In this document: positions 25,484 to 39,615 of the stretch, piece after piece
Layout of the letters: every line of letters begins with the position of its first letter
Numbering within the stretch: position 1 is the first letter of the stretch
Assembly: GCA_964035545.1 (NCBI GenBank)
Contig: OZ037765.1
Location: 22,443,504 to 22,507,503 of the forward strand
Reading direction: 5' to 3'
DNA from: Bugula neritina
Lineage: Eukaryota; Animalia; Bryozoa
Length of the DNA: 64,000 bases
Notes under the pieces: model-generated
What the model was told of the DNA's origin: nothing
Databases searched by the model: none
Seen by the model: the letters and a program-made list of their open reading frames with translations, nothing else
Made by a program: the position numbers and the translations under genes

Positions 25484-28400
25484 ATGTTTTCAACAAGACA
25501 AGCATATGCAGGAATTTTTACTCTAGCTGTGCTTCTTTCGAGTGTAAATGGTGAGCTATGAAAGTTCGTACTCCTAGCTTAAAAAACATATTTTTGCTTA
25601 ATTTTATGCTTAATATAAGTAACAATTATACCTGTGAATCAATTTTATGCAAATGTCATACTAAACATTGCAACTGTAAATTTAAATAGCATTATCGTGT
25701 AGTTTTAGATAGTGATTTTACACAGTATCTGTGAGTAGGTTGTTTGTATATACAAGAGTATACGTAATATACGCCACAACTCTATTTGCTCTTTCCTGTT
25801 GACTCTCATTTGTCTTGACGCTTATATTACTCAGGATATGACGTATTGTGCATACTCATGTATCCTTCAATAATTATTTTGTGCTTTTATACGTAAATGT
25901 TGCAATTATCATTATAATATTGATTATCCTGCCTCAACTGTTTTCCTTTTTAATGTAGGGTGGTTTTTCACAAGTAGTAAAGACCCATTTGAAAATGATA
26001 TGACCAAGTTTGAGTTATATACAAGGTACAAAACCTTAATAACATTGTACTTATATTAGAATTAAGATGAGACATTTCTGCAAAAGTATTTTAACTTCTG
26101 TTTGTTTAATCAAGTAATTTTTGACTTTTATATGATCATTTCATTTGATGGCCTAAACCTCTTTGTAATGTTTGCCTAGACAAAATAGTGACACATTTGG
26201 TTCAGGAACTGGTAAAGCTATTGGCAAAAATGCTGCTGCCTTAACTTCAAGCAATTTTGATGCCAGTCTACCCACCAAGTTTTTTATTCATGGTTGGTTT
26301 GGTGGCAGCTGGAACTGGTATATTCGAGACATGAGGCTAGCAATGCTAGAATATGTGAGTACAGGTTTTCAAACATGCCTGTCATAATACTAAAACCTCC
26401 ACTTACTCTGCTTAAGTGTACTTTGCATAGATTAAAGTCTTTTGTGCACACCTTCACAGTTTTTAGTCAGAAAATACTAGAAAAACTTTAAAAACAGAAG
26501 TAATCCATCAGCTTTGGTGAGTTTTTAAAATTCTTGGAAATCCTTTTGAGAGCCGCAAAATATAAAGGAAAATTTATGTAAACGTTCCTTTTTTGAATTA
26601 AACTAGTAAATTGTTTTGCCTTCAACATAGATATAGCAACTTAAAAACTTAAGTAAAATTGTTTTACCCCATTTTGAAGTAATTTTGAATTTCCTAAGAC
26701 ATATGTTATAACAACACTATGAGTTTGCATATGCATATTATAATACACAGATTATTATTGTGTAATACACAGTATAATATACACAGTATGTAATATTATG
26801 CTATTTTTTAATTTATAACCATATAAATGAACACACAAAGTTGTTTTTAATCAAAGTTAATGTCAATGATTCAAAGTTTAGTTTTTGTGTAATGCTAAAG
26901 ACAAGGTTTCATAGATTTTTCATAAGCCTATATCATATATTCTCACTCATGGTTTCTCCTTGATGTAGGAAGACTGCAACTTTATTGAGGTAGACTGGAG
27001 CGCTGGTTCTGTAGATCTCAACTATCTCTCAGCCAAGCAGTCAGCGCAACAAGTGGGTAAAGATGTTGCTGACTTTGTCATCTGGCTGCATGAGAACTAC
27101 GGTTTAAACTATTCAGATGTTCATATTATTGGTCACAGCCTGGGTGGCCAGGCAGCCGGAGCAGCTGGCAAACATATTCAAAACCCTAAAATTGGACGGA
27201 TTTCAGGTGTTTATCTATTTGCGTTGCTTCAAGTGCTCGGTGAAATTAAGCGAGTTATTTTGATTAGTACTCTAGCTGTGTTAGAGTAATTACAGGTGCA
27301 TACAAATGTTGAGCTGTATAGAATATATTCTTTAAGCAGTGCAGTTTGTAACCTGCTGGATTCTTGAAATAATAGCTCTTGTATAAAATCAATTAAAATA
27401 GTTTGGTTGAGCTAGATTTCATCTAGAATGGTTTCCTTCAATTCCTAAAGGCATTGTGATTTTTCATATTCATGTATGATTTTCATGAACTTATACGTAA
27501 AGAGTACGTCAGATGTAGATGTGCAGGTCGTTACTTGAAGACATTTACTTCACTTTTGATCTAACATAATATCTAGCATATAAAATTATCAGTGTAGCTT
27601 ACAATTTAAATCTTACCTAACTAAACGTTAATTTACCGTTCAACTTTATTTACTATGTTGATTAACAAAAAAGTAGAGGGCCTAGCATATTTTTTCTGAC
27701 AAATTTTTATATGAAGATTAGAATCTTTACATAGAGGTTTTAATTATCAATGAAATAGTGTGGTCACGTATCTATAATTAAAGAAAATTTCATTGTAACT
27801 TCTTATAGGTTTAGATGCTGCCCAGCCCGGTTTCAACTTGTCAGACCCTAATGACACACTTGGACCTGAAGATGCTGATTTTGTAGGTACGTGTTTAATA
27901 AAATGTAATATAAACCACTCATGTTTACATAATATACTTTTTAGCCAAGGCACAATCTATATGAGGTATATAATGTATAAAGTGCTACATAGAACTTGTT
28001 TTATATAAACAGAAAAAAAATTATTGAACTTGTTTTTTAACTGAAAGAATGCACTTTTGGGAAGGAGATAACAAAGATATTTTTCTTAATAATCCTTTGT
28101 GAGCAGTTGAAATATACTGAAATGACACTTTTTGATATCTTTTTATTGAAATTGTAAGCTAAATGCTTTTACTTTACAAAAAATAATGTTGATTAAAATC
28201 AGTATTCTTAATTAATTTTTTTTAATGATACACAAAAAAGCAGCCGGCAAAAGACCTTTACTTTAAACCCATATATCATATATATAATACAATATCTTTT
28301 CCTGTCTAATAAAAACAATAACACTTGATATGGCATGATTATATATCAAAACATCGCAGAGTGATGACGTGTAGCATTATTGATAAAAGCTACATAAAGC

Positions 28401-30594
28401 TATGATTTACTGTTAATAAGAGCTTAAAGACTGTCTAATGAAATTCAAGTACAACATAAATTATAGCATGTAAAATTTATAAACTATATAGTATGTACTT
28501 TAAGAAAGCATTACAGCTGCTGGCATTTGAAATATCTATTGTAATCTTGTGAAAGATGATGTAGTATATCTCTTACCAGCAAATTTCATATTTTATTTTT
28601 AAATAAAGCAATCACAAGGTTTGAGAGTTGAAACCTTGATGTACATTCATTATACAATTATTATGATACTTATCAGCTTGTTTTTCTAAAAAAAACTTAT
28701 TATAAATATTAGCAATATATATGTTAAACAAATACAACATTGTGTTCAGACAATTTTTCCCAAGTTGATACAAAAATGGCAAAAGTGCACTTGCCTGTGG
28801 GTAATGTTCACCTTGTCATGACCTTTATAATTTATCAAATTAGTCATTGTTTTGGCCAAGACAATTCCCTAGACACTCATATTATGCTGTACTATTTTTA
28901 TAATTCCATTATTTGTATTTTTATAAATGAGTTGACTTGGGGCAGTATAGTTAGACTGTGGATAATTTAACAGTGCCTGTCATTATGAGAATATATTTTA
29001 CACAAGTAATATCTTTGGTGGGAAAAAATACAGTGCATATGAAATGCGGTAAAACTATTTACCAAGCTACCACATTTTAGTGTTTTTAAATTACATCATA
29101 GAAGAGTACAATATTTTAAGATTTTAACTTAGTTATAGTACTTGAGTAGAAAATTAAGCTGTTCTCAAACTGTTTAGTTGCTAAAAATCAGTTTAAACTA
29201 TTTTTTCAAGTATTGGAGAGCATTGCATAAGCAGCAGTAAAATGTGTTCTACAATAGCAGCTTTCTTACTAGGAGCTTCATACTGACAGTGTATACTAAT
29301 CTCTCGCCCTAGTGCCTATCTGCTACTATTTGTACAGCTCTCTGTTCTCATGATAATAATTATAACTTTGCTCAGGTCAACATTCTAGAAAGGGCTAAAC
29401 TGTAATTACTGGTGCAAATTATAAACAACACGCAGTTTATTAATTTTGCACACGTTAGATGCAAAAGCTATATGCCAACTACTTACAATGATAGTTTGTA
29501 TTCAGATACATTTGAATGAAATTAATTCAGAGAAGTTGCTGTTGCCTGAGCTGTTTTCAAACAAGTTTCAAATGTTTACTGATGCCATATGAGTTTTGTT
29601 ACAGATAATATTCATACAACACTGGTGTCCACCACTGCCATGGGTCATGTAGATTTCTACCCAAATGGGGGAGAACTGGGTGTGCCTGTACTAACTTGGG
29701 TGCATTCTCATCTCCAACCTGTCTATATTTATACTGAGTCTATCAACGGTCATTGCGATTTCACTTCGTATGCCTGCGAAAGCTACACACAGTTGACTAA
29801 TGGCATGTAAGTTAGAGAGCATTTTTATATAGTATATGGTCAAGATGTTTAGAAAAAACGTTTTTGTATATGTCCACAGATTAATTAATGCTTGAATTTA
29901 TAAAAAAATATGATGTTCTTGCATTTTACTTTTTTCTACGCATGTAGAAGTAAAGCTGTCTGTTTTCATAAAAGATGTAACATTTAATGCTTAATCTGCA
30001 TTCAGCTAATAATATTATGGTAAATACTTCCTTTACATGCACGTAAAGTCAAACTATAAATACTATAGTAAGTTCTCTTGTGTAGAATTATGGTTGCGTT
30101 TCTTTTATTAAAAATCCTATATAGTTTTGATTAGGTCTCTTGACGAAAATTTATCAAATTACACTATAATAGTTGAATTAATTCAGTAGCAATTTATGAA
30201 ATTAATAGCATAGAATGCACATGCATAGCTCAGTAGGTTATAATTACTGCTGCATGTCTGATGGAGTAAACAAGCTCATCTCAAGTTGAGTGAATTATAC
30301 AAACACTGTAGGATATACATTACTTGAAAACTTAATATCCAAGAATACAACAAATATATTATCCATACATGTGCATATTATGTTGTAGATATCAATTTTA
30401 TGTATACATATATAATACTTCTGAGGTGTGCAGAACAGCTAAGCCTTATGGGTTATTTGGAGTATTATTTTTGCAGGTGCCCAACATACTGTCCTACGAA
30501 AAGGTCTTGTAACCAGATGGGTTACCATGCTTCTCCCGAGGGTGCGTTGGGCTCCTTACAGCTTCACATCAAAGAGCAACATCCATATTGTTAG
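25484..30594 (+). CDS. Secreted pancreatic-lipase-family enzyme (catalytic domain only; PLA1-like), about 314 aa, 7 exons
   Basis: Exons 25484-25550, 25959-26025, 26180-26354, 26969-27206, 27809-27886, 29605-29806, 30477-30594. Signal peptide; FELYTR, FFIHGW, VDW, GHSLGG (Ser), ISGLDAA (Asp), DADFVDNIHT, GHVDFYPNGG, SH (His), MGYHA, PYC-stop. Confidence 0.93.
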
Positions 30595-31340
30595 AGGCAC
30601 TCACAGCTAGTAGCGATATGGCACATGCCACACATGCACAATTGTGTATAAACTCACCTGTCACTACTTTGATTAGCTGTGGCTGTCACACCATCACCTG
30701 TAACTGACCTGCCAGTAAACTTCATGGCTGTCACATTAGCTATCATATTGCCTGCTGTTCTATTTATCAGCAAAAATGAATATAATTGCAACTTTTGCCT
30801 TATTAACATTTTGTGCGAACATAACAAATAGACAAAATGTCAATTAACCAACCACAAAATTTGTAATTTTTGAATGCAAAATGTCTAATTTCTAAAAGTA
30901 TTTAAAAATAAACTAAAATCCAAGGCACAATCTAGCTGGGCTGTATCAGTCACTTCTCTGACTGTACATGAAGAAACTATATCCACTCCTAAAGTGACAA
31001 AGCATTATTCTTTACTATTTTAAGACTGTTCATGGTAATCACACTAATTAAATATTTACAGTTTTAATAATTACTAACACTGCATGCAAATATCACTGAT
31101 CTAATGACGCTAACAGCTGAAAATAACTGGAGTGGCAGCAGTAAGCTGAGGTCAACAAATAAATTTTTAGATTTGATCATTAATTTTGTTTTGGTAGTCA
31201 ACAGTGGTAGTTAACAGATTTTGTTTTATAAATTAAACTACTTGAAATAAAGTTTTGAAGTTTATGAATGCATTCATTTGAGTAAAATCACTGATAGAGT
31301 TATATTAACTTAGCTACTAATAATATTTACAATTCACTCT

Positions 31341-31506
31341 AAGCTTATATGACTGCATGAAAAAAGTATTATGATGTGTTTGACAATAAAGATGATAAAA
31401 CACTGGTGATTTATCTAATAACTTAATATTAGATAAACCACCTGTGTTTTGCTAAATTTATTGTCAAGCACATCATAATACTTTTTGCACGCAGTTATAC
31501 AAGTTT
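31341..31506. repeat. ~165-bp near-perfect palindrome (fold-back MITE-like)
   Basis: Left arm ...TGCATGAAAAAAGTATTATGATGTGTTTGACAATAAA...TTTATCTAATA pairs with right arm TATTAGATAAA...TTTATTGTCAAGCACATCATAATACTTTTTGCACGCA around a 6-nt loop. Confidence 0.85.
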
Positions 31507-33334
31507 TAACTTTTATCAACAGCTATATGAGTGCATAAGATGCATCAGGTTTTGCATGAGAAACCTATTAACTATTTAGACAATAAAATATATTACGCAT
31601 CAGTTGTATATAAATTACATCTGTGAAAATATTGATCTTGGAAATCTGATGAAAATTGTTTATCAGGTTTATTAGTAAATCTTCAGGGTGCAAGCTAACT
31701 ATCTACAAAGAATCATGACACTAAATGCAGCACTAGCCAAATGATACATTGTTGGCAAAAACTGTCAAAGTTAACATGTTATAATTGAGTAAAGTATGTC
31801 TACACAGTATTAATAGATTATGTAAAACACAAAATTGCAAGACAATATGTCCTTTGGGGCATATATCATGTTATTATTATCATTACTATTATTATTGTTG
31901 GGAATCTTGGAACTTGATAATTCTTGATAATTCTATCATAAATCTATAAGGAATACAGAAGAATCTTCACCCATGATCAGTTTCCATGATGAGTTTACAT
32001 TCTTATACCTACACGTGATGATATTGATTTTCTATAATTGCAGTTGCAATGAGCACAGCATATATAGCCTGATATGAGATAAAACGAAATTGCAACAATT
32101 CAAGTATTGTGTGATTGGTTTGAAAATTAACAGCAATTAATTTGACTAATATTATAAAATAAAAGCTCCTACGGCTTATGCAGTCATTAACCTGCAGCTC
32201 TAACACGAAGCATTGAAAAACTATGCAAAAGTGTATCCAGAATTTCTAACATTGCGAAGGTGAGGTAAGAAATAAATATTCAATATTCTAAGTAAAACTG
32301 TTATGAAGCAACAAAAAGCCAGACAAAAATAGGCAGTTATTGAAAAAAGAATGATGATTTTTATATTTATTGATAAATTACTTGAAGAATTTCACTTTTC
32401 CAAAATATGCCAAGTTTTGTCTAAAATGTGTTAAATCAAGTCTATGCTATTTCACTGCATTTTGATAATATCAAGATTTACACTAGCTTGTTGCTAATGG
32501 AAATTGTATCAAGTAGGGGTAATAAGATTTATTCAGCAGTATCACATGAGTAAATATAGCAACAGAGTAAGTTGATTTCTGAAGTTTGGAATTTTCTGAA
32601 GGAATGCACTTGAATTTTACACTGAGTGCCTCTTACGTAACACAATGATAATATATAAGAGCCTATTATAAAACTCCCTTATCAAAATGTCATTAAATTG
32701 AGTTATCAAAACTTCCTTGCTAACCTGGCCACTAATATCAAGAATTATTACACCTGCATAAGCCAGAATGCAAATAACAGAATGATATAAAATGCTGCCC
32801 ACTGATATTGGCAAATGTGCTTTTCTTTACAATAGTTACTTTGCCATAAGAAACCGAATATGAGGTGAGGATTTTCACAAACTTAATTAAATAATTGCCA
32901 AACAAAAGTTTAAATTAGGTTCTGTAATTATTTGCACTTTATCAAGGTCGCGATACTATGCTAACTGATATTTAATATAAATGATCTAAAAATAGGTAAT
33001 ATTTTATTACTCATTTTATAAAAAGAGTTGCTTGAATGTGTCTTAAAATTAAATATTTTCTTAACATAAAAACAATGAAGCTGGCTTGTTTAGTATCAGT
33101 ACTGTATTTATTTAGGCAGTGTAAGCATGAACAATTGAAAAGAATAGGGCAATGGAAGTAAAAAACACCTTTTGTTATTTTATGTACAAACTAAGTTTAT
33201 TAACATACTTGACATAGGGCTAGCTTTAAGCTATATTATGAAGGAGATAGATATACTCTGTGATACTCATGAATATAGCATGAACAGTGCCAGCACGTGT
33301 TTTAGAAGAACAACAGCTTGAGCTTGCAGCTGCC

Positions 33335-34198
33335 ATGGTTGAGTCACAGCAGTCTACGATGGTGGCACCAATGAGGTCTACAGGATTGCCTAAAAGGCGA
33401 GCAGGGAGAACCAGTTACCAACTTCAGCCAGAGACTATTCATGTCAATCACTCAGGTATTTTACCAGCTGCAGCTCTCAGTAACTTCTTTAAAGCACCGT
33501 CGACATCAATCGCCAACACAAGTAAGCTGCCTTCCATCAATGCTAGAGATGACTTGCCTGCCGTTAACACTAAATCTGTTCATCAAAAAAACAAATGCTT
33601 AGCTGAAGTTATTCAGTCACAACTGATGGAACTTAAGCTACAGCATAGGTGTAGATATCAAAGGCGAGAGTTGGGCAATCTGCCTCGAAGTTCGATGAAG
33701 AAAAGCCATGGGGCAGACAGTAATGGTAACATTCTCACTAAGTTGAACAGCAGAGTTTGCTCTCCGAATAGGAAAAGTTGTAGCAACATATCAAAAGAAC
33801 TGTCATCTGAGTCTAAGCCATCGCCTTCCAGTGCCTGGCATCCGAAACAAAAGATTTCTCATACAAAATCATTTGAAGTTTCCTCAAATAACAAGATTTC
33901 TCTACACATGCCTAAAGTTACAGACGTTGCTCTTCGAGAAAGACACGACAATTTTCAAAAACAATTCTACACGCCAGCAAATGTCGAACCTATTTCCAGC
34001 GGAAGGATATTAGAATTAACTCGGAGCAACACACTAATTATTACAGACACTGATGGTCAAAACAAGTCTTCCCTTTCTTCATCTTACATGGATCAAGATA
34101 AATTTGAAAGTGTGTTTAACTGGGTACAATCTGTAGAGATGGCTCATAAATTAGAAGGGAAATGCTCAGAAGTTTTATCAGTGCCTACTCTACTTTGA
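33335..34198 (+). CDS. Uncharacterised Ser/Lys/Arg-rich protein, about 287 aa, single coding exon
   Basis: 912-nt open frame in AT-rich DNA; first ATG in strong context gccATGG at 33335; candidate acceptor at 33287. No recognised domain. Confidence 0.7.
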   Translation: MVESQQSTMVAPMRSTGLPKRRAGRTSYQLQPETIHVNHSGILPAAALSNFFKAPSTSIANTSKLPSINARDDLPAVNTKSVHQKNKCLAEVIQSQLMELKLQHRCRYQRRELGNLPRSSMKKSHGADSNGNILTKLNSRVCSPNRKSCSNISKELSSESKPSPSSAWHPKQKISHTKSFEVSSNNKISLHMPKVTDVALRERHDNFQKQFYTPANVEPISSGRILELTRSNTLIITDTDGQNKSSLSSSYMDQDKFESVFNWVQSVEMAHKLEGKCSEVLSVPTLL

Positions 34199-35757
34199 AC
34201 ACTGTTGATTTGTCATTCTACCTTGCCATATATTTTTGATAAATCTTTTAGCTAATTGTAACACGATGAGTTGAGCTAGAGTGACTAATATTATATTAAG
34301 TAATGTTAAATATATTTTTTTATCATATTTTAAGGTGCAATGTATATAATTTTTGTATAATTGAAAGGCAAATTTGTTGAGTTTGCAAAACTTGTAACGT
34401 CAAAATTGATTACTACACTTTCAAAATAAGAAAGTAATACAATGGAAACATTTAACAATGTATTGATTATAATTTTTCTGCCACCAGTTGTTATTGCTGT
34501 CAGTTATGTAAGATGATATTCAAACATGTCAGACTACTCTACGTATAATATAAAATTTTATTTGATTTTAAAATTTAATGTATACATATATTAGGTAATT
34601 TAACGTTTATATTTCCGGTTCATAAATATGCTATAAATATTTTCTTTTAGTGAGTAAATGGTGTAGGTCACTATTTAAATAAAAGATTTACTAAGATTAT
34701 GGATTGTCTGAAATGTTTTGCTAAACTATCTATACAACTATAATAATTGAGTAAATAAATAATGCGTTGCTATTTGCTCATAAAAAGGTGACACCTGCTT
34801 TCATAAGCTACCACTGTAGCAGTTTTACGCTCTTGTACGGTTCATTTTTGAAAAGACAACTCTTAAATAATATTCTCGTGTTGGCTTAACGCTTCTATTT
34901 ACTTAAACTGCGTAATATGTGGGTGTATTAAAACAAAATGTTATATGCTACTTCACAGAACATTCATTCAAACAAGTTTATCAGCTAATAAATATTTCTT
35001 CAAGATATATAAGATTGCACAATATATAGGTATGCAAAGCTGCTTAGTGTTTATACATTACAGGAAAGATATACTTGTAATTGGTACAATAGTTGTTACT
35101 GCAGCTGTCGTTCTCAAACCAATATAGTAGTATATATTATATTATATTGTAAATTCACCATTTGCTATTTGATGTTATATAGTAATAAATATATTATATC
35201 GCTAAAGCATGAAGCAATACAATATAACAAAAATATAAAAAAATCCTGACACTTCACTAAAGTATTCATATACATTTTAGCTATCATCTACAGACTGTTT
35301 GAAAAAACATATTGCAAAAATATCAAGTGCATCAGTTTGTTCATGCATTATGTATAAATATCAATCTACTGTAATTGTTTGTATAATTGGTTATTGAACT
35401 TTTACATTAGTTCTTAATTAATTAGCAAGCTTAAACCTGGAGTGCCTCTGAAGAAGGGACATGAATACACTCCCCTTGCCAAGTGTTGCTAGGAATAAAC
35501 TAACCATAATGCATAACAAGAAGAAGCCTTACTGTTATTAAACAAATATTGATTATGCATTAGTTTCTACATTTGCACTGAATTTTATTGTTTATATAAC
35601 GAAATAATCAATATTTAGGAAAATAGTTCTAAACAAGCAGTTATTGACTAACTGACTAAAGCCTGGTGATTGTTACACTTAAATGAGATTTGTAACATTT
35701 ATCTCACGGTCATTGGACTGACTTATTGGTGAACATTCATTGCTTATAACTAGAATT

Positions 35758-36916
35758 ATGGAGAGAAGGTTGAACAGAGTTCGGTCTACTAGCTCTGTTA
35801 GACAGCCAATTAATATTGACGGCAGCAAGATTTTTCTAATGAAACGTGCAGAAGAAATAGAAAACAGTGTTGCGGTGGAATTGTTTCCATGTAGACCGTG
35901 TAATTATGTTCGAGATAGCAGACATCGACTGCAGAATAACTTATTAAGGTCTTTAGGAGCCAGTAAAAGCTGGCAGCATCCTTCACTACCACCGGCAGCA
36001 ACAGTCGCACCTGACATCAATATAACTAGAAGGCGTTCTACAACACCATATCGATATTATAAATCAGCCAACCACAGATTCACAGGTGAGATCCTTCCTT
36101 ACCAACTACATGCTGTATGCAGAAATATTAATAAGTTATACCTTTTTTGGAATACGTGCCATTTGGTTGAACTATTCCATGAACTTTACTCAGAATTTTT
36201 TAATTAATTATTTTTAAAACAATGAATGTAATATGCATGCCTGATTATGCTATGTTATGATACAAAAAGTATGGAATTATATGAATATAGAGTTATATTT
36301 ATTTTTGGCATTGTAGTTTATTGGAAACAAATTGCATTTATATGATATAAAATATGGTAATAATGAGCTGGAGTTGAGAATATTTAGGATATAATTAATA
36401 AATTAACATGCTAGTCATGAAATTGTATGAAGTTTTTTTAAATATTTGAACCTAAACCCTACATGTAATTTTTATGCAGAGGGTTCTAGAAGTAAAACTT
36501 CCTCACCAGCGCTAAGCTCGTCTTGGTTACAGAGAAACTACCAGAGGCAAACATCAGACATTCCTCGATCTCAAACACAACTAGTTAACGAGTATATACA
36601 CAAGAACATAAGGCTTACTGCTGTAAACACAATAACGCCTGGTACAAATCTGCCAATAACCTACAAGCAAACTCAGTCTGATTGGATGAAGTATATTCGA
36701 ATTCTGTCAACACCAGTTGATGCTGAACTATCAAGTGGTATTGTGTATAGTACGAACAGCAGCACCTCCATGCCTAAAGCAACTCGACCTGTCGTAACAG
36801 GAAACCCAAGGAAGAAAGTTAGTAAGCTGCATGTAGGATACACTATGAACTCTGCACATACTCAGAAGCCGTTCAGTAAAATAGGTCGTTTTGAATATAC
36901 CACTTTGGCATGTTGA
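35758..36916 (+). CDS. Uncharacterised basic Arg/Ser/Thr-rich protein, about 254 aa, 2 coding exons
   Basis: Exons 35758-36085 and 36480-36916 joined by a phase-1 GT-AG intron (G|GTGAG ... TGCAG|AG), merging two ORF-track entries; AATAAA at 36973. Confidence 0.7.
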
Positions 36917-39615
36917 GTCTTGATGATTTGTGTAGAGATTGAGATCTGATTTTCTATACTGTATTAATAACAATAAATAAAAAATTAGGATGATCTCTAA
37001 TATGTCTTATTTATTCTTAATAGGTAAAGCTGGTATAGATTCTGATATTACAGAAACTATTTTGACGGCTAAATTCTAAAATTTACTATGAATAAATCAA
37101 ATTTATCTATATTCTTCTGCATGACAAAGCTGTTGATGTCTTGAGCTAATTTCTGAAAAATACTATTAGGCCACATACCCATACCGTTCTTTTACAATTT
37201 TACCAACCGTTAAGATTGATATTTGCCTGGTATATAACATACACTAAATTCTGCAATAATGATGTTATGCTTTTTAAACTAAGTAAATAGATTAAAGCAG
37301 TATAGCTTGTGTAATTATACCAGACTGATATACATTTTTAAAATTTACTTGATGAAATTTAAAAACTCGTATGTTTATTATTGGCTAAATGAAAAGTTTT
37401 CTTTTTATAGTATTGATAACCTATCAGATTTTTGTGTGTGACCTTTGCCCATCCCTACTGGCTACTACCCTCTCTCTTGGTGATAGATTGTGACTTTTTG
37501 CCATCGTAAGCATGAAATGTTTTGCTATCTAAAACTTGGCTGCAGGTAATTACTTTCTTTTGCACAAGCAAGAGCATTTTTTTAGAAAAGCACATATAAT
37601 TAGCATTAATTATTAGCCAAACTTTCTATTATCAACTATATTATAAGGCAGATCAGACTTTTTAGCAATGGTTTAGTGAAAAATTATGCAGTGATTGTCA
37701 TATTAAATGAGATAGCATCATAAAAAATAATTTAAAAGTTGACTGCACTGGCTTTGCTTACTGGTTAGCTTCTAAAATACTGTTAAGTATGTTTGGAGGT
37801 TTTGTAAGTAAAAATAGCATTTTTTAAAAATCACTTCTTTGACAGACTTTTGTAATTGTTTTTCAATTGAAGACAAATACCACATGACCTAGTAATAGTC
37901 ATACACTGATACAAAAAGACAAAGTTAAATTCTAAGTTTTTTTTAGAAATGGCATATATGAAAAGAGATTACAATCAGTTTGAACATAATTATACAGTTC
38001 TGTTGATTGGGTTTTCAGGAAACTATGCAAGACATTTTATTTAACATTTTTGACAAGCTAAATTTGGTCTTTTTAACTGCATGTGCAACAGAACAGTAGC
38101 TATATATACAATTTATGTCTATTAATTCTTTACAAGCCAACTCTAGCATAAACCAACACTGCATAAAATGCGAATATTATGTGTCCCTTACGTTATCTGT
38201 TCAAAGATCAAGCTTGTTGTAAAAAATGTTAATTAAGTGAATCTTCTATTGTTTCTAGTCATGATACAAATGACATTATTATTATAATGATATGAAAATA
38301 TTTGCAGCATCATGACAGGATAATAAATGAGGTGAGTTAGTCTGTATCCACCCTAATCCACTGTCCACAGTCATTGCATGAATTTGCACATCTGATGTTT
38401 TTGTATGCGCAGTAATTTATCAATGTTGATAATTATTATTTTTGTGTTTAAGTCACTAATCAAATTCTATATAATCTTTATTTATTAGAAAATATTTTAT
38501 TCAATTAAATTGCATTATTTTGGATAATTGTCACTTTTGTTTATTGTCCGTTAAGTTGGCAGTTGGACAAATGTATGTAAATCTAGAATTATAATGACAG
38601 AAAGATAATAATTTTGTAGTTATTTTGCTGGTTTGCCAACTTTTATATAAATCAACGTTTGCCGTCAGAAGAGTGACATGATATTGCCACACCTTCAATC
38701 AGTAAATTAAATCCTAATAAGTTAATAGGTTGATTAATATCAAAGTCTACTGAATCAGCAAAATATGCTTTCAACACTTGTATGACCAGCCATATGATTA
38801 GAGTATTGTTTAGCTGGTGTTCTATATTACATGTTCGTGTCATACAATAGCAGCCAAGTTTATACTAATAGAGCATAAAAGTGATAAAGCAGACAACTTT
38901 CATCCATATTAACTCTCAAGTGTGTGCAAGCTAAGAATACACTTGCAAAATACAAAAATAGACTAATGATAATGCTTTGAGCACTTTTTTAAAATTCATA
39001 TAATGCCAATTAAATTTTATAACTTAATTAGTTCCAATGAGTTGACCGTTTCTTTAGTCAAAGTCTCTATCAATCCCATATGTTTTCAATTATTTTGTTC
39101 CTTATCAATTTTTTTCAAATCATTTCACTAAAACTTTAGTTTATCTAATCAGCAATAGCAAATTTAATTTATTTACAGAAAAGTACTAATATTAACAGTA
39201 TGACAGAATTAACATCTCACTGCTATGATGTAGCATGAGCAGCATTTTTATTGTGTTCTTATAAATAGAATTGAGCTTATATTATTGTTGCAATCTAGAT
39301 CAATCAATTTATTTCCTTAAATTAACTACACATTTAGTAAGAGCTGATATTTCAAAAAGTAATTTCCTGAAAATACTCTCATTATTACATTTAAATGAGT
39401 TTTTAGGCTTTAAAAGAAATATTAAATGAATAACAATTTATTTGACTATCTAGCTTTCCATTTAGCTTGTGATTGTCTATAATACAATATTTATACCACC
39501 ATACATATTATACATCTATTGTATTATAAGTCATTTAATTGATACAGTAGCAAGTGGTTTATATAAGAGAATGCATTTACAGTATATACAAAAACAAATA
39601 AAACATGTCAAATGG

